The notes beneath the pieces are model-generated. The model did not search any database and had not been told where the DNA came from. It was given only the letters and a program-made list of their open reading frames with translations. 64,000 bases of DNA, from assembly GCF_009914755.1 (NCBI RefSeq), contig NC_060930.1. One strand, given 5' to 3'. A program made the position numbers and the translations under genes. The DNA comes from the human T2T-CHM13v2.0 reference genome, Homo sapiens. The stretch's first letter is position 1; each line of letters starts with the position of its first letter. Positions 1-8,665 of the stretch are shown piece after piece.

Positions 1-358
1 TTATAGCGCATTGAGCCTATGGCGGAAAAAGAAACATCTTCCTATAAAAACTAGACAGAATACTTCTCAGAATCTGCTTTGCGATGTGTGCGTTCAACTC
101 ACAGAGTAAAACTTTTCTTTTGATAGAGCAGTTTTGAAACACTCTTTTTGTAGTATTTGCATGTGTATATTTAGAGCGCATTGAAGCCCACAGTAGAAAA
201 GGAAATAACTTCACCTAAAACCTAGACAGAAGCAATCTCAGAAACTACTTTGTGATGTGTACATTCAACTCACAGAGTGGAACTTTCCTCTTTATAGAGC
301 AGTGTTGAAACACTCTTTTTGTAGAAACTGCAAGTGGATATTTGGACCTCTTTGAGGC

Positions 359-375
359 CTTCGTTGGAAACGGGA
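359..375 (+). promoter_or_regulatory. CENP-B box (intact); recurs at the equivalent position of each HOR
   Basis: CTTCGTTGGAAACGGGA matches the established YTTCGTTGGAARCGGGA consensus. Confidence 0.95.
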
Positions 376-698
376 TTTCTTCCTATAACCCTAGACAGAA
401 GAATTTTCAGAAACCTCATTGTGATGTGTGCGTTCATCTCACAGAGTGGAGTCTTCCGTTTGATAGAGAAGTTTTGAAACCCTGTTCTTGTAGGATTTCC
501 AAGTGGATATTTAGACCACTTTGAAGCCTATGATAGAAAAGGAAACATCTTCATGGAAAACATAGATAGAATCATCCTCAGAAACAACTTTGTGATGTGT
601 GCGTTGAACTCACCGTCTTTAACCTTTCTTTTGGTAGAGAAGTTTTGAAACACTCTCTTTGTAAAGTCTACAAGTGGATATTTTGAGCCCTTGGAGGC

Positions 699-715
699 AT
701 TCTTTGGAAAAGGGA
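699..715 (+). promoter_or_regulatory. Degenerate CENP-B box, predicted non-binding
   Basis: ATTCTTTGGAAAAGGGA has lost both CpGs of the nTTCGnnnnAnnCGGGn core. Confidence 0.8.
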
Positions 716-869
716 ATGTCTTCACATAAAAGGCAGACGGAAGTGTTCTCAGAAACTGCTTTGTGATGTCTGTGTTCAACTCACAGAGTTTAACATTTCC
801 TTTGATAGAGCGGTTTAGTAACCCTCTCTTTGTAGAATTTGGAAGTGTATACTAAGAGCGCTTTGAGGC

Positions 870-886
870 CTATGGTAGAAAAGGAA
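870..886 (+). promoter_or_regulatory. pJalpha/A-box of an A-type monomer (representative copy)
   Basis: CTATGGTAGAAAAGGAA occupies the monomer position homologous to the CENP-B box. Related copies lie near 17, 188, 529, 1210, 1550, 1890 and 2230. Confidence 0.8.
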
Positions 887-1040
887 ATATCTTTCCATAA
901 AAGCTAGACAGAAGCAATCTCAGAAACTCCTCTGTGATGTCTGCATTCAACTCACCGAGTGGAACATTCCTCTTGAGAGAGCAGTTTGGAAACACTCTTT
1001 CTGTAGAATCAGCTTGTTTGTATTTGGACCTCCTTGAGGC

Positions 1041-1057
1041 CTTCGTTGGAAACGGGT
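1041..1057 (+). promoter_or_regulatory. CENP-B box (core intact, terminal A>T)
   Basis: CTTCGTTGGAAACGGGT keeps all nine core nucleotides. Confidence 0.9.
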
Positions 1058-1380
1058 TTTCATCTTATAAACCCAGACAGAAGAATTCTCAGAGTCTTCT
1101 TTGTGATGTGTGCTTTCAACTCACCGAGATAAAGATTTCTCTTGATAGAGCAATTTGGAAACACTCTTTTTGTAGAATTTGCAAGGGTACATTGAGAGCG
1201 CTTTCAGGCCTATGGTAGAAAAGGGAATATCTTTCCATAAAAGGTAGACAGAAGCAATCTCAGAAACTACTTTGTGATGTGTGCATTCAACTCACCGAGT
1301 GCAACGTTCCTCTTGACCGAGCAGTTTGGAAACATTGTTTCTGTAGAATCTGCAAGTGGATATTTGGACCTCTTTGAGGC

Positions 1381-1397
1381 CTTCGTTGGAAACGGGA
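1381..1397 (+). promoter_or_regulatory. CENP-B box (intact)
   Basis: CTTCGTTGGAAACGGGA, 340 bp after the previous box. Confidence 0.95.
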
Positions 1398-1720
1398 TTT
1401 CTTCCTATAAACCCAGACAGAAGAATTCTCAGAGACTTCTTTGTGATGTGTGAATTCAACTCACAGTGTGGATCCTTCCTTTTGATAGAGCAGTTTTGAA
1501 ACCCTGTTTTTGTAGTATTTCCAAGCGGATATTTGGAACGCCTTGAAGCGTATGGTAGAAAAGGAAATATCTTCCCATAAAACCTAGACAGAACCAATCT
1601 CAGAAACGACTTTGTGATGTCTGCATTCAAGTCACAGAGTTGAACATTTCTCTTGATAGAGCAGTTTTGAAACCCTCTTTCTGAAGGATCTGCAAGTGGA
1701 TATTTGGAACTCCTTTGGGT

Positions 1721-1737
1721 CTTCGTTGGAAACGGGA
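1721..1737 (+). promoter_or_regulatory. CENP-B box (intact), immediately upstream of the 15-mer deletion junction
   Basis: CTTCGTTGGAAACGGGA. Confidence 0.95.
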
Positions 1738-2060
1738 TTTCTTCGTATAAATCTAGACAGAAGAATTCTCAGAAACTTCCTTGTGATGTGTGCATTCAAC
1801 TCAGCGAGTGGCACCTTCCTTTGGATACAGCAGTTTTGAAACACTGTTTTTGTAGTATTTCCAAGCGGATATTTAGAGCGCCTTGAAGCCTATGCTAGAA
1901 ATGGAAATATCTCCCCATAAAACCAAGACGGAAGCAATCTCAGAAACTAATGTGTGATGGCTGCATTCCACACACACGGTGGACCATTTCTCTTGATAGA
2001 GCAGTTTTGAAACACTCTTTCTGTAGAATCTGCAAGTGGATAATTGGACCTCCTAGAGGC

Positions 2061-2077
2061 CTTCGTTGGAAACGGGA
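2061..2077 (+). promoter_or_regulatory. CENP-B box (intact)
   Basis: CTTCGTTGGAAACGGGA. Confidence 0.95.
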
Positions 2078-2399
2078 TTTCTTCATCTAAACCTACAGAG
2101 AAGTATTCTCAGTAACTTCTTCGGATGTGTGCATTCGACGCACAGAATGGAACATTCCCTTTGATAGAGCAGTTTTGAGACACCGTTTTTGTAGAATTCC
2201 CAAGTGGATATTTAGAGCACTTTGAAGTCTCTGCTAGAAAAGGAAACATCTTCATGTAAAAAGTAGATAGAATCGTTCTCAGAAAGTGCTTAGTGTCGTG
2301 TGCGTTCAACTCACAGAGTTTAACGTTTCTTTTGATAGAGCGTTTCTGAAACACCCTTCTTGTAGTAGCTGCAAGTGGATATTTGGACCTATTGGAGGC

Positions 2400-2416
2400 C
2401 TTCTTTGGAAATGGGA
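2400..2416 (+). promoter_or_regulatory. Degenerate CENP-B box, polymorphic between units
   Basis: CTTCTTTGGAAATGGGA here, and CTTCTTTGGAAACGGGA in some 18-mers (e.g. 5457-5473). Confidence 0.8.
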
Positions 2417-4608
2417 TTTCTTCATGTAACTCTAGATTGAAGAATTCTCAGAAACTCCTTTGTGATGTGTGCATTCAATTCAAAGAGTGAAACCTCTCTT
2501 TTCACAGAGCAGTTTTGAAACACTGTTTTTGTAGGATTTCCAAGGGGATATTTATAGCGCATTGAGCCTACGGCGGAAAAAGAAACATCTTCCTATAAAA
2601 ACTAGACAGAATACTTCTCAGAATCTGCTTTGCGATGTGTGCGTTCAACTCACAGAGTAAAACTTTTCTTTTGATAGAGCAGTTTTGAAACACTCTTTTT
2701 GTAGTATTTGCATGTGTATATTTAGAGCGCATTGAAGCCCACAGTAGAAAAGGAAATAACTTCACCTAAAACCTAGACAGAAGCAATCTCAGAAACTACT
2801 TTGTGATGTGTACATTCAACTCACAGAGTGGAACTTTCCTCTTTATAGAGCAGTGTTGAAACACTCTTTTTGTAGAAACTGCAAGTGGATATTTGGACCT
2901 CTTTGAGGCCTTCGTTGGAAACGGGATTTCTTCCTATAACCCTAGACAGAAGAATTTTCAGAAACCTCATTGTGATGTGTGCGTTCATCTCACAGAGTGG
3001 AGTCTTCCGTTTGATAGAGAAGTTTTGAAACCCTGTTCTTGTAGGATTTCCAAGTGGATATTTAGACCACTTTGAAGCCTATGATAGAAAAGGAAACATC
3101 TTCATGGAAAACATAGATAGAATCATCCTCAGAAACAACTTTGTGATGTGTGCGTTGAACTCACCGTCTTTAACCTTTCTTTTGGTAGAGAAGTTTTGAA
3201 ACACTCTCTTTGTAAAGTCTACAAGTGGATATTTTGAGCCCTTGGAGGCATTCTTTGGAAAAGGGAATGTCTTCACATAAAAGGCAGACGGAAGTGTTCT
3301 CAGAAACTGCTTTGTGATGTCTGTGTTCAACTCACAGAGTTTAACATTTCCTTTGATAGAGCGGTTTAGTAACCCTCTCTTTGTAGAATTTGGAAGTGTA
3401 TACTAAGAGCGCTTTGAGGCCTATGGTAGAAAAGGAAATATCTTTCCATAAAAGCTAGACAGAAGCAATCTCAGAAACTCCTCTGTGATGTCTGCATTCA
3501 ACTCACCGAGTGGAACATTCCTCTTGAGAGAGCAGTTTGGAAACACTCTTTCTGTAGAATCAGCTTGTTTGTATTTGGACCTCCTTGAGGCCTTCGTTGG
3601 AAACGGGTTTTCATCTTATAAACCCAGACAGAAGAATTCTCAGAGTCTTCTTTGTGATGTGTGCTTTCAACTCACCGAGATAAAGATTTCTCTTGATAGA
3701 GCAATTTGGAAACACTCTTTTTGTAGAATTTGCAAGGGTACATTGAGAGCGCTTTCAGGCCTATGGTAGAAAAGGGAATATCTTTCCATAAAAGGTAGAC
3801 AGAAGCAATCTCAGAAACTACTTTGTGATGTGTGCATTCAACTCACCGAGTGCAACGTTCCTCTTGACCGAGCAGTTTGGAAACATTGTTTCTGTAGAAT
3901 CTACAAGTGGATATTTGGACCTCTTTGAGGCCTTCGTTGGAAACGGGATTTCTTCCTATAAACCCAGACAGAAGAATTCTCAGAGACTTCTTTGTGATGT
4001 GTGAATTCAACTCACAGTGTGGATCCTTCCTTTTGATAGAGCAGTTTTGAAACCCTGTTTTTGTAGTATTTCCAAGCGGATATTCGGAACGCCTTGAAGC
4101 GTATGGTAGAAAAGGAAATATCTTCCCATAAAACCTAGACAGAACCAATCTCAGAAACGACTTTGTGATGTCTGCATTCAAGTCACAGAGTTGAACATTT
4201 CTCTTGATAGAGCAGTTTTGAAACCCTCTTTCTGAAGGATCTGCAAGTGGATATTTGGAACTCCTTTGGGTCTTCGTTGGAAACGGGATTTCTTCGTATA
4301 AATCTAGACAGAAGAATTCTCAGAAACTTCTTTGGTTGTGTGCATTCAAGTCACAGAGTGGAACCTTCCTTTGGATAGAGCAGTTTGAAACGCCGTGGTT
4401 GTAGTATTTCCAAGCGGATATTAGAGCGCCTTGAGGCCTATGGTAGAAAAGGAAATATCTTCCCATAAAACCTAGACGGAAGCAATCTCAGAAACTACTG
4501 TGTGATGGCTGCATTCCACACACACGGTGGAACATTTCTCTTGATAGAGCAGTTTTGAAACACTCTTTCTGTAGAATCTGCAAGTGGATAATTGGACCGC
4601 CTTGAGGC

Positions 4609-4625
4609 CTTCGTTGGAAACGGGA
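4609..4625 (+). promoter_or_regulatory. CENP-B box (intact), 18-mer specific
   Basis: CTTCGTTGGAAACGGGA inside the 506-bp segment. Confidence 0.93.
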
Positions 4626-4777
4626 TTTCTTCATGTTACTCTAGATAGAAGAATTCTCAAACACTGCTATGTGATGTTTGCATTCAAGTCACAGAGTGCA
4701 ACATTCCTCTTGGTAGAGCAGTTGGGAAACACTCCTTTTGTAGAATCTGCAATGGGATATTTGGACTTCTTTGAGGC

Positions 4778-4794
4778 CTTCGTTGGAAACGGGA
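4778..4794 (+). promoter_or_regulatory. CENP-B box (intact), 18-mer specific, only 169 bp from the previous box
   Basis: CTTCGTTGGAAACGGGA in the monomer adjacent to another B-type monomer. Confidence 0.93.
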
Positions 4795-7700
4795 TTTCTT
4801 CGTATGAATCTAGACAGAAGAATTCTCAGAAACTTCCTTGTGATGTGTGCATTCAACTCAGCGAGTGGCACCTTCCTTTGGATACAGCAGTTTTGAAACA
4901 CTGTTTTTGTAGTATTTCCAAGCGGATATTTAGAGCGCCTTGAAGCCTATGCTAGAAATGGAAATATCTCCCCATAAAACCAAGACAGAAGCAATCTCAG
5001 AAACTAATGTGTGATGGCTGCATTCCACACACACGGTGGACCATTTCTCTTGATAGAGCAGTTTTGAAACACTCTTTATGTAGAATCTGCAAGTGGATAA
5101 TTGGACCTCCTAGAGGCCTTCGTTGGAAACGGGATTTCTTCATCTAAACCTACAGAGAAGAATTCTCAGTAACTTCTTCGGATGTGTGCATTCGACGCAC
5201 AGAATGGAACATTCCCTTTGATAGAGCAGTTTTGAGACACCGTTTTTGTAGAATTCCCAAGTGGATATTTAGAGCACTTTGAAGTCTCTGCTAGAAAAGG
5301 AAACATCTTCATGTAAAAAGTAGATAGAATCGTTCTCAGAAAGTGCTTAGTGACGTGTGCGTTCAACTCACAGAGTTTAACGTTTCTTTTGATAGAGCGT
5401 TTCTGAAACACCCTTCTTGTAGTAGCTGCAAGTGGATATTTGGACCTATTGGAGGCCTTCTTTGGAAACGGGATTTCTTCATGTAACTCTAGATTGAAGA
5501 ATTCTCAGAAACTCCTTTGTGATGTGTGCATTCAATTCAAAGAGTGAAACCTCCCTTTTCACAGAGCAGTTTTGAAACACTGTTTTTGTAGGATTTCCAA
5601 GGGGATATTTATAGCGCATTGAGCCTACGGCGGAAAAAGAAACATCTTCCTATAAAAACCAGACAGAATACTTCTCAGAATCTGCTTTGCGATGTGTGCG
5701 TTCAACTCACAGAGTAAAACTTTTCTTTTGATAGAGCAGTTTTGAAACACTCTTTTTGTAGTATTTGCATGTGTATATTTAGAGCGCATTGAAGCCCACA
5801 GTAGAAAAGGAAATAACTTCACCTAAAACCTAGACAGAAGCAATCTCAGAAACTACTTTGTGATGTGTACATTCAACTCACAGAGTGGAACTTTCCTCTT
5901 TATAGAGCAGTGTTGAAACACTCTTTTTGTAGAAACTGCAAGTGGATATTTGGACCTCTTTGAGGCCTTCGTTGGAAACGGGATTTCTTCCTATAACCCT
6001 AGACAGAAGAATTTTCAGAAACCTCATTGTGATGTGTGCGTTCATCTCACAGAGTGGAGTCTTCCGTTTGATAGAGAAGTTTTGAAACCCTGTTCTTGTA
6101 GGATTTCCAAGTGGATATTTAGACCACTTTGAAGCCTATGATAGAAAAGGAAACATCTTCATGGAAAACATAGATAGAATCATTCTCAGAAACAACTTTG
6201 TGATGTGTGCGTTGAACTCACCGTCTTTAACCTTTCTTTTGGTAGAGAAGTTTTGAAACACTCTCTTTGTAAAGTCTACAAGTGGATATTTTGAGCCCTT
6301 GGAGGCATTCTTTGGAAAAGGGAATGTCTTCACATAAAAGGCAGACGGAAGTGTTCTCAGAAACTGCTTTGTGATGTCTGTGTTCAACTCACAGAGTTTA
6401 ACATTTCCTTTGATAGAGCGGTTTAGTAACCCTCTCTTTGTAGAATTTGGAAGTGTATACTAAGAGCGCTTTGAGGCCTATGGTAGAAAAGGAAATATCT
6501 TTCCATAAAAGCTAGACAGAAGCAATCTCAGAAACTCCTTTGTGATGTCTGCATTCAACTCACCGAGTGGAACATTCCTCTTGATAGAGCAGTTTGGAAA
6601 CACTCTTTCTGTAGAATCAGCTTGTTTGTATTTGGACCTCCTTGAGGCCTTCGTTGGAAACGGGTTTTCATCTTATAAACCCAGACAGAAGAATTCTCAG
6701 AGTCTTCTTTGTGATGTGTGCTTTCAACTCACCGAGATAAAGATTTCTCTTGATAGAGCAATTTGGAAACACTCTTTTTGTAGAATTTGCAAGGGTACAT
6801 TGAGAGCGCTTTCAGGCCTATGGTAGAAAAGGGAATATCTTTCCATAAAAGGTAGACAGAAGCAATCTCAGAAACTACTTTGTGATGTGTGCATTCAACT
6901 CACCGAGTGCAACGTTCCTCTTGACCGAGCAGTTTGGAAACATTGTTTCTGTAGAATCTGCAAGTGGATATTTGGACCTCTTTGAGGCCTTCGTTGGAAA
7001 CGGGATTTCTTCCTATAAACCCAGACAGAAGAATTCTCAGAGACTTCTTTGTGATGTGTGAATTCAACTCACAGTGTGGATCCTTCCTTTTGATAGAGCA
7101 GTTTTGAAACCCTGTTTTTGTAGTATTTCCAAGCGGATATTTGGAACGCCTTGAAGCGTATGGTAGAAAAGGAAATATCTTCCCATAAAACCTAGACAGA
7201 ACCAATCTCAGAAACGACTTTGTGATGTCTGCATTCAAGTCACAGAGTTGAACATTTCTCTTGATAGAGCAGTTTTGAAACCCTCTTTCTGAAGGATCTG
7301 CAAGTGGATATTTGGAACTCCTTTGGGTCTTCGTTGGAAACGGGATTTCTTCGTATAAATCTAGACAGAAGAATTCTCCGCAACTTCTTTGGTTGTGTGC
7401 ATTCAAGTCACAGAGTGGAACCTTCCTTTGGATAGAGCAGTTTGAAACGCCGTGGTTGTAGTATTTCCAAGCGGATATTAGAGCGCCTTGAGGCCTATGG
7501 TAGAAAAGGAAATATCTTCCCATAAAACCTAGACGGAAGCAATCTCAGAAACTACTGTGTGATGGCTGCATTCCACACACACGGTGGAACATTTCTCTTG
7601 ATAGAGCAGTTTTGAAACACTCTTTCTGTAGAATCTGCAAGTGGATAATTGGACCGCCTTGAGGCCTTCGTTGGAAACGGGATTTCTTCATGTTACTCTA

Positions 7701-8665
7701 GATAGAAGAATTCTCAAACACTGCTATGTGATGTTTGCATTCAAGTCACAGAGTGCAACATTCCTCTTGGTAGAGCAGTTGGGAAACACTCCTTTTGTAG
7801 AATCTGCAATGGGATATTTGGACTTCTTTGAGGCCTTCGTTGGAAACGGGATTTCTTCGTATGAATCTAGACAGAAGAATTCTCAGAAACTTCCTTGTGA
7901 TGTGTGCATTCAACTCAGCGAGTGGCACCTTCCTTTGGATACAGCAGTTTTGAAACACTGTTTTTGTAGTATTTCCAAGCGGATATTTAGAGCGCCTTGA
8001 AGCCTATGCTAGAAATGGAAATATCTCCCCATAAAACCAAGACAGAAGCAATCTCAGAAACTAATGTGTGATGGCTGCATTCCACACACACGGTGGACCA
8101 TTTCTCTTGATAGAGCAGTTTTGAAACACTCTTTCTGTAGAATCTGCAAGTGGATAATTGGACCTCCTAGAGGCCTTCGTTGGAAACGGGATTTCTTCAT
8201 CTAAACCTACAGAGAAGAATTCTCAGTAACTTCTTCGGATGTGTGCATTCGACTCACAGAATGGAACATTCCCTTTGATAGAGCAGTTTTGAGACACCGT
8301 TTTTGTAGAATTCCCAAGTGGATATTTAGAGCACTTTGAAGTCTCTGCTAGAAAAGGAAACATCTTCATGTAAAAAGTAGATAGAATCGTTCTCAGAAAG
8401 TGCTTAGTGACGTGTGCGTTCAACTCACAGAGTTTAACGTTTCTTTTGATAGAGCGTTTCTGAAACACCCTTCTTGTAGTAGCTGCAAGTGGATATTTGG
8501 ACCTATTGGAGGCCTTCTTTGGAAATGGGATTTCTTCATGTAACTCTAGATTGAAGAGTTCTCAGAAACTCCTTTGTGATGTGTGCATTCAATTCAAAGA
8601 GTGAAACCTCCCTTTTCACAGAGCAGTTTTGAAACACTGTTTTTGTAGGATTTCCAAGGGGATAT

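Larger units (their letters stand above)
1..2551 (+). repeat. HOR unit U1, 15-mer variant (2,551 bp)
   Basis: Marker ORF at 17 recurs at 2568. Deletion junction cgtataaatctagacagaagaattctcagaaacttccttgtg at ~1744-1785. Confidence 0.95.
4301..4806 (+). repeat. 506-bp three-monomer segment specific to 18-mers (representative copy in U2)
   Basis: 3,057 minus 2,551 = 506. The segment is flanked by a direct repeat aatctagacagaagaattctc at 4301 and 4807. Confidence 0.92.
2552..8665 (+). repeat. HOR units U2-U3, two 18-mers (3,057 bp each; start 2552, 5609)
   Basis: Marker ORF at 2568, 5625, 8682. Both contain the extra 506-bp segment with tttggttgtgtgc and gttgggaaac. Confidence 0.95.

Noticed and set aside
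64-72. TTCTCAGAA dyad (STAT/GAS-like motif) in many monomers
   Set aside because: It is part of the alpha-satellite consensus. The sequence gives no evidence of regulatory use.
1041-2077. Regularly spaced identical 17-bp motifs resembling a CRISPR array
   Set aside because: These are CENP-B boxes. The intervening ~320 bp are homologous alphoid monomers rather than unique spacers, and there are no cas genes.
3901-3906. Singleton SNVs (e.g. ctAcaag ~3903, ~7381, ~9246, ~34213, ~60247, ~60733)
   Set aside because: They are private substitutions or possible consensus errors. They are useful as mapping markers but are not individually meaningful.
4514-4532. ttccac-acacacg-gtggaa short hairpin / (CA)n-like tract
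   Set aside because: A 6-bp stem with only 4-5 CA units is too weak to call a terminator, microsatellite or functional cruciform. It was used only as a monomer marker.
6900-7523. Longest ORF, 207 aa on the minus strand, in nine 18-mers
   Set aside because: Its internal ~57-aa repeats only reflect the 171-bp monomer. It is opened or closed by the single ctcCg/ctcAg SNV and shows no sign of coding constraint.
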